In this document: positions 10,032-18,848 of the stretch, piece after piece
How positions within the stretch are numbered: position 1 is the stretch's first letter
Layout: each line of letters begins with the position of its first letter
Assembly (NCBI GenBank): GCA_025935615.1
Contig: JAICUY010000002.1
Location: forward strand, 6,605 to 70,604
Direction: 5' to 3'
Length of the DNA stretch: 64,000 bases
From: Steroidobacteraceae bacterium
GTDB lineage: Bacteria; Chloroflexota; Limnocylindria; QHBO01
Program-made: the position numbers and the translations under genes
The notes under the pieces: generated by a model
Database searches by the model: none
The model's input: only the letters and a program-made list of their open reading frames with translations
What the model was told of the DNA's origin: nothing

Positions 10032-10939
10032 CCGCTGCCGCACCGATCCCCGCCGGCCAGGAACTCGACGTCACCTCGACGCGATCGGTCACCACCGTCG
10101 GCCGGCTGGGCGGGACGTCCTGGGGCGTCCACCTCGCGCTGGCGGTGCTGATGATCGTCTGGCTGATCCCCACCATCGGACTGCTGGTGAACTCGTTCCG
10201 ACCGGCACAGGAGGTGGCCAGCAGCGGCTGGTGGAACGGCATCTTCCCGCCGTACGACCTGTCGTTCGACAACTACGTCCAGGTCGTCGACCAGAACGGC
10301 ATCGGCGCCGCGTTCATCAACAGCCTGTTCATCACCATCCCGGCCACGGTGATCCCGATCTTCGTGGCCGCCTTCGCCGCCTACGCCTTCAGCTGGATGG
10401 ACTTCCCGTTCCGCAACATCCTGTTCGTGCTCGTGGTCGGCCTGCTGGTCGTCCCGCTGCAGACGACGTTCATCCCGATCCTGCAGCTGTTCCGCGTCGT
10501 CGACATCAACGGGTCGTTCCTGGCCCTGTGGTTGGCGCACACCGGCTATGGCCTGCCGTTCGCCATCTACCTGCTGCGCAACTTCATGGGCTCGCTTCCG
10601 CGCGAGGTGTTCGAGTCGGCGGCCATCGACGGCGCAAGCCCGGTGACCGCCTTCTTCCGGCTGGCCCTGCCGATGAGCGTGCCGGCCATCGCTGCCCTCG
10701 CCATCTTCCAGTTCCTGTTCGTGTGGAACGACCTGCTGGTGGCGTTGATCTTCATCGGGCCGAACATTTCGAATCAGCCGCTCACGCAGCAGATCGCCGG
10801 ATTGGTCAATTCGCTGGGAGGCGGATGGCAGCTGCTGGGCGCGGCCGCCTTCATCAGCATGGCCCTGCCGCTGGTCGTCTTCTTCAGTCTCCAGCGCTAC
10901 TTCGTGCGCGGCATCGTCGGCGGCTCGGTCAAGGGCTGA
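10028..10939 (+). CDS. Sugar ABC transporter permease (MalG/UgpE-like)
   Basis: It overlaps the previous permease by 4 nt and carries the EAA motif ESAAIDGASPVTAFFRLALP. Confidence 0.85.
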   Translation: MTAAAPIPAGQELDVTSTRSVTTVGRLGGTSWGVHLALAVLMIVWLIPTIGLLVNSFRPAQEVASSGWWNGIFPPYDLSFDNYVQVVDQNGIGAAFINSLFITIPATVIPIFVAAFAAYAFSWMDFPFRNILFVLVVGLLVVPLQTTFIPILQLFRVVDINGSFLALWLAHTGYGLPFAIYLLRNFMGSLPREVFESAAIDGASPVTAFFRLALPMSVPAIAALAIFQFLFVWNDLLVALIFIGPNISNQPLTQQIAGLVNSLGGGWQLLGAAAFISMALPLVVFFSLQRYFVRGIVGGSVKG

Positions 10940-10952
10940 GCTGATCGTCGAA

Positions 10953-10979
10953 AGGCCGGCACCGCGATGGTGCCGGCCT
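10953..10979. terminator. Bidirectional stem-loop between the convergent permease gene and the small acidic-protein gene
   Basis: The hairpin AGGCCGGCACC-gcgat-GGTGCCGGCCT has an 11-bp perfect stem. Confidence 0.4.
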
Positions 10980-10999
10980 CCGTGCTGCCTGGACCGCCG

Positions 11000-11287
11000 C
11001 TAGCCGGTGTAGATGCGGGCCGCCTCGGGCGGCGTGTCGTTGTCGTCACCGTCGACCTCGTCGGCGGTCGTCCCTTCCCGCTCGGCCTCGACCTCATCCT
11101 CGTACGGCTCGGCGCCCGATCCGGTGTAGCGATTGGCGCTGCCACCGGGCGTCGGGCTGAGCGGCTCCCCGGTCGCCTGCTCCTCCGCCTCCTCGACACG
11201 GCGCTCGTGCTGGCTCTGCAGATCCGGATCTGATCCTTCGTCACGGACGATCGAGCCCTCGCTGCCTGACTGGTTCATGGCTCCCAC
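11000..11287 (-). CDS. Small highly acidic hypothetical protein (95 aa)
   Basis: The ORF has strong GC3 codon bias and an Asp/Glu-rich, low-complexity sequence. I find no recognisable family for it. Confidence 0.4.
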   Translation of the reverse strand: MGAMNQSGSEGSIVRDEGSDPDLQSQHERRVEEAEEQATGEPLSPTPGGSANRYTGSGAEPYEDEVEAEREGTTADEVDGDDNDTPPEAARIYTG

Positions 11288-11348
11288 CTCGTGCTTGGCG
11301 CAGCGTGCGTTGCAGGCGGCGCGCCATGCCCGCGCGCAGGCGCATCGG

Positions 11349-12140
11349 TCAAGCCAGGCGGGTCAGGATCTCCTCGCGGTCGAACGCCCAGGCGCCGACG
11401 ACCAGCACCAGTCCGATCAGCCCGCTCACCAGGAAGTCGCCGAGGATGACCTGGCCCATGTCGAAGGTCGGCTGGCCGCCGAAGAACTGGGCCACCGCGA
11501 CCGCGATGATCGGGATCACCACGAAGCCGCCGATCTGCTGGGCGGTGCGCGGATCGTTGACCCGGGCGCTGACCACGATCCCCAGCAGCACGCTGAAGAT
11601 GCAGATCAGCGGCACCAGCGTGACCATGGCCACCAGCCAGACCTCGCTGAAGACCAGCACCGTGAGGCGATGGTCGGCAATTGCGCCGTTGACGAGGCCA
11701 TAGAGCGCGAAGACGCCCCAGGTCGCGGTCACTGCCGGCAGCGCCGCGGCCAGCGTCTTGCCGGCCAGCAGCTCCGACACCTCCATCGGCGTGGCCAGCT
11801 GCGGTTCGAGCGAGCGCGACACCTTCTCGCCGATGACTGACTGCGTGGCGATGGCCATCGGCACCATGGCCGGGATCAACAGGAAGTAGGCCATGAAGTT
11901 GGTGACGATGAAGCCCTGCGCGGCAAGCTTGGCCGGCAGGTCCGGGAAGTTGGAGATGTACTGCTCGATCTGGCCCAGCTGCTTGGGATCGAGGTCGTTC
12001 ACCTGGATGAAGGCAACCAGGCCGGTCGGAATGGCGGCGAACACCAGCGCCGGCAGCCACACGGCGCCGAGCAGCAGCCGGTTGCTGAGCAGGTCACGCC
12101 ACTCCTTGCTGAAGACGGCCCACACGTATCCCGGACGCAT
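11349..12140 (-). CDS. ABC-2 type exporter permease
   Basis: The 263-aa ORF has 6 TM helices and shares its stop/start junction with the ATPase gene at 12140. Confidence 0.7.
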   Translation of the reverse strand: MRPGYVWAVFSKEWRDLLSNRLLLGAVWLPALVFAAIPTGLVAFIQVNDLDPKQLGQIEQYISNFPDLPAKLAAQGFIVTNFMAYFLLIPAMVPMAIATQSVIGEKVSRSLEPQLATPMEVSELLAGKTLAAALPAVTATWGVFALYGLVNGAIADHRLTVLVFSEVWLVAMVTLVPLICIFSVLLGIVVSARVNDPRTAQQIGGFVVIPIIAVAVAQFFGGQPTFDMGQVILGDFLVSGLIGLVLVVGAWAFDREEILTRLA

Positions 12141-13090
12141 CAGCTGGCCGGCTCCCCCACCAGCTGCAGGTACACCTCCTCCAGTGAGGCACTCTCCTCC
12201 CGGACCGATACGATCCGCGCGCCATCCTGGACCAGCGCGCTGACCAGGTCAGGGTTGTCGCCCGTCGGATCCCGCATCTCGACGCGCAGGACGTGATCGT
12301 CGGCCTGCGCTCCCAGCACGAACGGCAGGGCTGCCAGGGTGCTCAGGAACGATTCCGCGTCGCGTGCGCCGCCAAGCTCGACGCGGGTGCTCGCGCGACC
12401 GTCGTGCCGTCGAAGCGCCGCCGGCGTGTCGACCCGCAGCAGCGTGCCGCGCATGACGCCGATGCGATCGCACAAGCGCTCGGCCTCGTCGAGGTTGTGG
12501 GTGCAGATCACGATCGATCGCCCCAGGCTGCGCAGGCCTCCGACGAAGTCGCGCACGGTCTTCGCGGCCGAGGGATCCAGGCCCGAGGTCGGCTCGTCGA
12601 GATAGATGACCTCCGGCTCGTGGAGCAGAGCCCGCGCGATGGCGACCTTCTGGCGCATTCCCTTGCTGAAGCCACCGACGCGCCGGTCGGCGGCGTACGC
12701 CAGCCCGACCACGCCCAGGTAGCGGTCGACGGCGTCGGCCAGCGGACTGCCGCGCAGGCCGTAGAGGCGACCGTAGTAGGCGAGGTTCTGGCGCGCGGTC
12801 AGCTTGTCGTGCAGCCCCGGGCTCTCGGTCAGGATGCCGCTCATGGCGCGGATCGCCTGGGTGTGGCGGCCCAGCCGCTGGCCGTTGACGGTCGCCTCTC
12901 CCGCACTCGGACCGATCAAGCCGGCCAGCATGCGAACGGTCGTCGTCTTGCCGGCGCCATTCGGACCCAGCAGCCCGAAGATCTCGCCGTCGGCCACGCT
13001 GAACGTGAGATCGTGCACGGCGGTCAGCGCGCCGAAGCGCTTGGTCAGGCCTTCGACAGCGATCACGAGCGAGTCGGCGTCAACATGCAA
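12140..13090 (-). CDS. ABC transporter ATP-binding protein (ABC-2 exporter partner)
   Basis: Walker A GPNGAGKTT, the signature FSKGMRQKVAIARAL and Walker B IYLDEPTSGLD are present. The gene apparently starts on TTG. Confidence 0.85.
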   Translation of the reverse strand: MHVDADSLVIAVEGLTKRFGALTAVHDLTFSVADGEIFGLLGPNGAGKTTTVRMLAGLIGPSAGEATVNGQRLGRHTQAIRAMSGILTESPGLHDKLTARQNLAYYGRLYGLRGSPLADAVDRYLGVVGLAYAADRRVGGFSKGMRQKVAIARALLHEPEVIYLDEPTSGLDPSAAKTVRDFVGGLRSLGRSIVICTHNLDEAERLCDRIGVMRGTLLRVDTPAALRRHDGRASTRVELGGARDAESFLSTLAALPFVLGAQADDHVLRVEMRDPTGDNPDLVSALVQDGARIVSVREESASLEEVYLQLVGEPAS

Positions 13091-13186
13091 TGGATCATGG
13101 GCTGCCAGGGCATGCTACCCACAACGCTGCCGGCGCGCGTACGCGGGAGCAAGCCGGCGGTGCATGCCCGCAACTACCATGCGCTC

Positions 13187-13726
13187 ATGCCAGATCGGAC
13201 ACTCGGCAGCCGCCGCATCTTCGAGGGCCGCGTCTTCACCGTCCGCGTCGACGACGTCGAGCTCGAGAGCGGCCGCCGCTCGACGCGTGAGGTGGTCGAG
13301 CATCCCGGTGCCGTCGGGATCCTGGCCTGGGACGGCGAGCGGCTGGCCTTCGTCAGCCAGTGGCGCCAGCCGGCGGCACGTGACCTGCTCGAGATCCCGG
13401 CCGGGACACTCGATCCGGGCGAGCGGCCCGATGCCACGGCCCGGCGAGAGCTGGCCGAGGAGATGGGCGTCGCCGCCGCGCACTGGGAGGCCGGCCCCGC
13501 CTTTTTCACCGCGCCCGGCTTCTGCAGCGAGCACCTATCGCTGTTCCTGGCCACCGACCTCTCCGAGCAGGCCGATGCGCACGCGGACGACGACGAGGCG
13601 ATCACCCGATCCTGGCTGACCCTCGACGAGGCGCTGGCCGCGATCGACGACCGGCGCATCGCCGATGCCAAGACCATCGCGGGCGTCCTGTGGCTGGCGC
13701 GCCGGTTGCGTATCGGTAGCGCGTGA
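13187..13726 (+). CDS. NUDIX hydrolase (ADP-ribose pyrophosphatase-like)
   Basis: The NUDIX box GTLDPGERPDATARRELAEEMGV is present. I place the start at the ATG at 13187, where MPDRTLGSRRIFEGRVF matches the family N-terminus. An alternative ATG lies at 13085, and the 477-aa track ORF is an extension. Confidence 0.75.
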   Translation: MPDRTLGSRRIFEGRVFTVRVDDVELESGRRSTREVVEHPGAVGILAWDGERLAFVSQWRQPAARDLLEIPAGTLDPGERPDATARRELAEEMGVAAAHWEAGPAFFTAPGFCSEHLSLFLATDLSEQADAHADDDEAITRSWLTLDEALAAIDDRRIADAKTIAGVLWLARRLRIGSA

Positions 13727-14841
13727 TCGAGCGCCTGGATCCCGAGGACTCCGCTGAAGAAGCAGGCCTGCGCTACGTCAGCGATGAGATGCCCGGCATT
13801 CGCCGCAGGCGCGCCGGCCGGGGCTGGAGCTATCTGGACGCCGACGGCAACCGCGTCACCGACCCCGCCCGGCTGGCCTGGTTCAAGCGGCTGGCGATCC
13901 CGCCGGCCTGGACCGACGTCTGGATTTGCCCCATCAAGCGTGGTCACCTCCAGGCCACCGGCCGCGATGCGCGCGGGCGCAAGGTGTACCGCTACCACCC
14001 GCGCTGGCGTGACGTGCGCGACGAGGCGAAGTACGGCCGCCTGATTGACTTCGGCAAGGCCCTGCCGCTCATCCGCCGGCGAGTTGCGAAGGACCTGCGA
14101 CGGCGCGGATTGCCGCGCGAGAAGGTGCTTGCCGCGGTTGTGGCGCTGTTGGAGAAGACGAGCATCCGGGTCGGCAACGAGGAATACGCGCGCGAGAACC
14201 GGTCATTCGGGCTGACCACCATGCGCGACCGGCACGCCAGGATCGAGGCCGGCAAGATCCGCTTCCGCTTCCGTGGAAAGTCGGGAAAGCAGCACGAGGT
14301 GCCCATCATCGACCGCCGCCTGGCCGGCATCGTGCGGCGTTGCCAGGAGCTGCCGGGCCAGGAGCTGTTCCAGTACGTCGACGAGGACGGCGAGCAGCGC
14401 AGCGTCGACTCCACCGACGTCAACGGCTACATCCGCGACATCTCGGGCGCCGACTTCACCGCTAAGGACTTCCGCACGTGGCGTGGCACGGTCCTCGCCG
14501 CCTGGGCGCTGAAGGAGTTCGAGGAGGTCGACTCGCAGGCGCAGGCCAAGAAGAACGTGGTGCGCGCGGTGGAGCAGGTCGCCGGCGCGCTGGGCAACAC
14601 GCCGGCCGTGTCGCGCCGGTCGTACGTCGATCCGCGCGTCATCGATGCGTACCTGGACGGCAACGTGGTGCGCGAGACGCGCAAGGCGGCCGACCGGGCG
14701 ATCGGTGAGTCACTCGCCGAGCTGACTCCCGAAGAGGCGGCGGTGCTCGTCCTGCTCCGGCAGCGCCTGCGCGAGGAGGAGAAGGCGCAGCGCGGACGCC
14801 GGGGTCAAGCGGCCTCGAGCCGGCCCAGGGCGCGCCGGTAG
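13723..14841 (+). CDS. DNA topoisomerase IB (bacterial/poxvirus type)
   Basis: Conserved TopIB blocks are present: LAIPPAWTDVWI, HLQATGRDARGRKVYRYH, IRVGNEEYARENRSFGLTT, TAKDFRTW and the catalytic-Tyr region SRRSYVDP. The GTG start overlaps the NUDIX stop in a GTGA arrangement. Confidence 0.85.
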   Translation: MIERLDPEDSAEEAGLRYVSDEMPGIRRRRAGRGWSYLDADGNRVTDPARLAWFKRLAIPPAWTDVWICPIKRGHLQATGRDARGRKVYRYHPRWRDVRDEAKYGRLIDFGKALPLIRRRVAKDLRRRGLPREKVLAAVVALLEKTSIRVGNEEYARENRSFGLTTMRDRHARIEAGKIRFRFRGKSGKQHEVPIIDRRLAGIVRRCQELPGQELFQYVDEDGEQRSVDSTDVNGYIRDISGADFTAKDFRTWRGTVLAAWALKEFEEVDSQAQAKKNVVRAVEQVAGALGNTPAVSRRSYVDPRVIDAYLDGNVVRETRKAADRAIGESLAELTPEEAAVLVLLRQRLREEEKAQRGRRGQAASSRPRARR

Positions 14842-15176
14842 TCCTCGTTCTGCGGTCGGAGCGCCACGGCCAGCTTCAGGTGACGGCGCGCCGCATCGGT
14901 CTCACCCAGTCGGCGATAGGCCAGGCCGAGCGCGAAATGGCTGTAGTGCGCCACCGGGTCGCGGTCGACGATCTGGCGGAAGCGGTCGGCGGCGAGCTCC
15001 AGCTGGCCCTGGTTGTAGTAGGCACGGCCCAGTGCCTCGAGGATCGACGCCTTGCCGGGTTCGAGCCGTGCGGCTCGCTCGAGGACGACGGCCGCGGCAC
15101 CCGGATGGTGCTCCGCCAGCAATCGCGAGCCGCGCCGGAACAGCTCGTAGGCCGACTCCCGCTCGCCTGGTTCCAT
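14805..15176 (-). CDS. TPR-repeat protein
   Basis: Two or three TPR-like repeats are visible (AYELFRRGSRLLAE.., LGRAYYNQGQLELAADRF.., FALGLAYRRLGETDAA). I chose the internal ATG at 15176 to avoid overlap with the upstream gene. The long form would extend to 15290. Confidence 0.55.
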   Translation of the reverse strand: MEPGERESAYELFRRGSRLLAEHHPGAAAVVLERAARLEPGKASILEALGRAYYNQGQLELAADRFRQIVDRDPVAHYSHFALGLAYRRLGETDAARRHLKLAVALRPQNEDYRRALGRLEAA

Positions 15177-15207
15177 GCCCGCCAGCCCTTGCCAGACCGA
15201 TGCCGGA

Positions 15208-16263
15208 TCAGGCGTCGAGGTCGATCCGCTCGAGTCGCGGATTGTCGGTGCGCCCGGGGATCCGCCCGCGCTTGGCGATCGGGCGGCCATCGATCTCCTT
15301 CAGGTCGCCGGTGAAGTCGACCGGGCTGGCATCCGAGATGGCGGAGCCGACCGCGAACGAGTCGACCGGGGCCCCGGCCTCCTTGAAGTAGGTGATCCGG
15401 TCGGCATCGAGGCCGCCCGAGACGACGATCCGCACGTTGGGGTGGCCTGCCAGGTCGAGCCGCGCCCGGACCTCCTTGACCAGGTCGGCAGTGACGCGGC
15501 CGCGCTCGCTGGGCGTGTCGAGGCGCACGCCCCAGAGCCGCTCGCCGAGGGCGTCGGCGACGCGGACCGATTCCTCGGCCTCGTCCTTGAAGGTGTCGAC
15601 CAGGGCGATCCGCGGCACGTCCGGATCGATGTGCCGGTCGAACGCCTCGACCGCGCGGACGGTGTCGCCGAAGATCAGGATCAGCGCGTGCGGCATGGTC
15701 CCGGTCGGCGCCAGGCCGGCCATCCGCGCGCCGGCTGGGGTGGACGCGCCGATGCAGCCGCCGACCACGCTCGCATAGTCCATCTGATCGGCGACGGACG
15801 GATGCACGTGCCGCGCGCCGAAGCCGATGACCGGGATGGGAGCCGCCACGTCGACGATGTGCCGAGCCGCTGTGGCCCAGCCCGTCGACTGAGCCAGGAT
15901 GCCGAGGATGGCCGTCTCGTACAGGCCGAAGGCGGAGTAGCGCGCGCTGATGCGCATCACGACCTCCTTGCGGCTGATGGCATCACCGTCGTGCAGCGAC
16001 TCGACCAGCGGCTGGTGGTCGAAGCGCTTGCCGTTGCCCAGGATCTCGCGCAGGTAGGCCAGGGACTCCTCGGCACCGCACAGGATGGCATCGGCCCGCG
16101 CGAAGATCTCCATGGTGACGATCGGGTCGAGATGCTCCGCCCGGAGGATGGCGGCGGTGCGCTCGAAATAGATGTCGGCCGTCTCGCCGGACAGCACGTC
16201 AGCGGCCGGCTCGAATCGCGGCGTGGCCGGGGCCGGCTTGCTCACTGCCTGGTCAATCGACAT
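15208..16263 (-). CDS. Nicotinate phosphoribosyltransferase (archaeal/type-II NAPRTase family)
   Basis: The 351-aa ORF follows the quinolinate/nicotinate PRTase fold pattern, with HALILIFGD and a VSGGLD C-terminal block. Confidence 0.7.
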   Translation of the reverse strand: MSIDQAVSKPAPATPRFEPAADVLSGETADIYFERTAAILRAEHLDPIVTMEIFARADAILCGAEESLAYLREILGNGKRFDHQPLVESLHDGDAISRKEVVMRISARYSAFGLYETAILGILAQSTGWATAARHIVDVAAPIPVIGFGARHVHPSVADQMDYASVVGGCIGASTPAGARMAGLAPTGTMPHALILIFGDTVRAVEAFDRHIDPDVPRIALVDTFKDEAEESVRVADALGERLWGVRLDTPSERGRVTADLVKEVRARLDLAGHPNVRIVVSGGLDADRITYFKEAGAPVDSFAVGSAISDASPVDFTGDLKEIDGRPIAKRGRIPGRTDNPRLERIDLDA

Positions 16264-18229
16264 TGGCGGTCAGTGTACGACGGCGACGCAGCAGATAGCC
16301 CGTGGCAGCCAGGCCGACGAGGACGATGATCCCCGCGCTCACCAGCCGCAGTGTTCCGCTGGTGCTGGCCGACTCGAGGGCGAGCCGGGCCTGCGCCGTG
16401 GCGTCGGCCGCGCCACGCAGGTCGCCGTCGGCGAAGCGCCCGTGCGCCTCGGCCAGCAGCGCGTCCGGAGCCGGCGAGCCGAGCTGGCCGACGCGCTCGA
16501 CGAACGAGCGGCCCCCGGCGGCGCGATCGAGCACGTCGCGATAGTCGTCGACCACCGCGCGCTCGGCCTGCAGCTCGACCCGCGCGTCGCTGCCGCCGCC
16601 GGCGACGTCGTACGCGTCGCGCAGCCGCTGCGGGGTCGAAAGGCCGGCGCCGTCGATGGCCGCCAGCAGCTCGTCCCGGTCCCCAAGCCAGGACATCGCC
16701 GCAGCGATCTGCTGCGCGGCGTCGTCGAAGCTCCACGCCGCCATCGCGCGGCGCACGGGCTCAGGCGCTCCCCAGTCGCCGGCTGCGGTGAGCAACTCGT
16801 CGTAGGAGCGGCGGGCCTGGTTGCGCTGGTCGAGCAGCGCGTCGGAAGCATCTCCGAAGACGGTGGATCGGAATTCGTCGGCGAGATCGCGGCCGCTGAC
16901 GGCCTCGAGCTGATCGAGCAGCGTGCGCGAGTCGAGGGGAGTGCGCGCGTCCAGGGGCGCGACCGGCCCTGCGGCCGGGCCTGGCGCCGCGACGACCGGG
17001 TCGTAGGCGCCGATCCCCTGTCTCGTGCGCTGCAGGACCGCGCGCAGCGCATTTCCGCCGGCCTTGGCTGCGACGCGTTCCATCAGGTCCCACGAGGCCG
17101 GATAGCCGTACGCGGCGTCACTCGGCGGGCTGTCGCTCGTCCACTCCTCGAGGGCGAAGGCATCGTCGCGCTGGCGACCAGCCTCGGCGGCCGGCGCGTA
17201 CGGACGGCTGACATCGAGCCGGCGGGCCACCTGCGCCGCAACGTACGAGGCATACCCCTCCCGGATCCAGCGGTCGCCGACGAGGTCCGTTCCGAGCCAG
17301 ACGTGCGCGGCCTGGTGGAGCACGGTGAACGGTGGCTGGTCGAAGGCCACCTGCAGCTCCTGGCCCGAGCCGCCGGCCTCCGTGAGCGGCGACGCGACCG
17401 ACGGCACCGCCTCGCTGACCACCAGCGGGCCGACCCCGCTGTACGGCAACCCGATCGCCTGCTCGAGCGCCGGCAGCGCGCGGGCCAGCAGGTTCAGGGT
17501 GCGCCGGCCCCACGCCGCGTCGTCGCTCCAGGACCTGATGGTGAGGTCGACGGTGCCGCCGTCGAGCGGGACCGTGCGCGACAGGCTGCGCATCTCCGTC
17601 TGGCGATTGGCGGTCACGACGGCCAGCCAGCGCTGCGGCTCGCCGATCGTGCCGCTGGTGAGGGCAGTCTGATCGCCGTCTCGCTCTGCGCGCAGCGGAT
17701 CGCCGTCGGCGCTGACCTCGTAGCTCGACGGCAGCTCGACGCGCACCTCGCTGCGCGTCCCGAAGCTCCACACCGGAAAGACGACCACCGACGGGCGAAC
17801 CCGGATATCGTCCTCGCCGCCGTCGCGCAGCGTGTAGGTCAACGTGAAGCGTGCGGTGCGGCCGAAACGGAGCGGCCGCCGCAGCTCCACCGTCGCCACG
17901 TTGACGCGGTCGCCGTCCGAGCCGGCGCGTCGCCTGACGCTGACGTCGAGGCGGCCCTTGGCGTCGCGAGCCCTGACGGCTGCGGCTGCGTCGTGGACGG
18001 CAATCGGAACGTCGGTGAAGACGCTGAACTGGCCGGATGGGTTCGGGGTCCGGTTCGTGAAGCGGCCGTCGATGGTCACCTTGATCTCGCGGGCGTCAGG
18101 CTCGACCTGGTAGCGCGCCTCCGTCTCCAGCGCATAGCGCTCGGCGGCGCGCGCCGGTGCTGGCTCCCCGAGTGACACCAGCCCGCTGGCCAGGATGACC
18201 AGGCCGAGGAGCGCTGCCAGGCGCCTCAT
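16253..18229 (-). CDS. Secreted/membrane-tethered gluzincin (M1-like) fold protein with HQxxH in place of HExxH. This is a putative pseudo-peptidase.
   Basis: The protein has a signal peptide (MRRLAALLGLVILASGLVSLG) and a C-terminal TM anchor (LVSAGIIVLVGLAATGYLLRRRR). The motif HQAAHVWLGTDLVGDRWIREGYASYVA parallels M1 HExxHxWFG...NEGFAxY, but the catalytic Glu is replaced by Gln. Confidence 0.5.
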   Translation of the reverse strand: MRRLAALLGLVILASGLVSLGEPAPARAAERYALETEARYQVEPDAREIKVTIDGRFTNRTPNPSGQFSVFTDVPIAVHDAAAAVRARDAKGRLDVSVRRRAGSDGDRVNVATVELRRPLRFGRTARFTLTYTLRDGGEDDIRVRPSVVVFPVWSFGTRSEVRVELPSSYEVSADGDPLRAERDGDQTALTSGTIGEPQRWLAVVTANRQTEMRSLSRTVPLDGGTVDLTIRSWSDDAAWGRRTLNLLARALPALEQAIGLPYSGVGPLVVSEAVPSVASPLTEAGGSGQELQVAFDQPPFTVLHQAAHVWLGTDLVGDRWIREGYASYVAAQVARRLDVSRPYAPAAEAGRQRDDAFALEEWTSDSPPSDAAYGYPASWDLMERVAAKAGGNALRAVLQRTRQGIGAYDPVVAAPGPAAGPVAPLDARTPLDSRTLLDQLEAVSGRDLADEFRSTVFGDASDALLDQRNQARRSYDELLTAAGDWGAPEPVRRAMAAWSFDDAAQQIAAAMSWLGDRDELLAAIDGAGLSTPQRLRDAYDVAGGGSDARVELQAERAVVDDYRDVLDRAAGGRSFVERVGQLGSPAPDALLAEAHGRFADGDLRGAADATAQARLALESASTSGTLRLVSAGIIVLVGLAATGYLLRRRRTLTANVD

Positions 18230-18254
18230 CGGCTGCCGAGAGGCCGCGAGGCGC

Positions 18255-18848
18255 TCATCGGCCGCCGAGAAGCCGCGTGATCAATCCCCGGCGCCGTACC
18301 CGGGGAACCGGCGCGGACCAGTCGGGCATCTCGGACTCGACCTCGGCCCGATACCTCGCCAGCAGCAGCGGATTGCGCGACTGGCGTTCGCTCCAGTCGG
18401 GCAGGGCGCCGCGATCGGCGACGGCGGCAGCAGTCTCCTCGAGGAGCCGGTCGGCGGTGACCGCCAGCCGGACGAGGCCGCGGCCGACCGCGTCGCGGCT
18501 CACCGCATCGGTGGGTAGCTCGGTCATCAACATCGGGCGGTCGTCATCGGTCAGGGCGAACTTGAGGTGGGGGTAGTCGAAGTTGGCGCGGAGCATCCGA
18601 ACATGGGTCTTCTTCGGGATCTCCATCGCTTCCAGCCCGTAGTATGCCCACAGCCCGAGGCCGACGCCCGTCACCCAGGCGAGCGTGACGCGCATGTCGA
18701 AGCGGCGCTCGCCGTCGATCACCACGTCACGGCTGAAGGCCGCGTCGTCCAATGCCCCGGCGGCACCCACGACCTCGAGCCCGAGCTCGGCCAGCCAGGC
18801 GTCGATCGGCGGCGCCGGCGTATCGGTCCGGGCCGCCTCAGCTTCCAT
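18255..18848 (-). CDS. YbjN-like (type III secretion chaperone-like / putative sensory transduction regulator) domain protein
   Basis: The internal ATG at 18848 gives a 197-aa product beginning MEAEAARTDTPAPPIDAWLAELGLE. The upstream part of the 284-aa track ORF overlaps glgC and has poor composition. Confidence 0.5.
   Translation of the reverse strand: MEAEAARTDTPAPPIDAWLAELGLEVVGAAGALDDAAFSRDVVIDGERRFDMRVTLAWVTGVGLGLWAYYGLEAMEIPKKTHVRMLRANFDYPHLKFALTDDDRPMLMTELPTDAVSRDAVGRGLVRLAVTADRLLEETAAAVADRGALPDWSERQSRNPLLLARYRAEVESEMPDWSAPVPRVRRRGLITRLLGGR

Noticed and set aside
15208-15290. A long form of the TPR gene (start at 15290) overlapping the NAPRTase gene by 83 nt
   Set aside because: An internal ATG at 15176 removes the overlap and keeps all TPR repeats. 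The N-terminal extension is Ser/Pro/Gly-rich with no structure.
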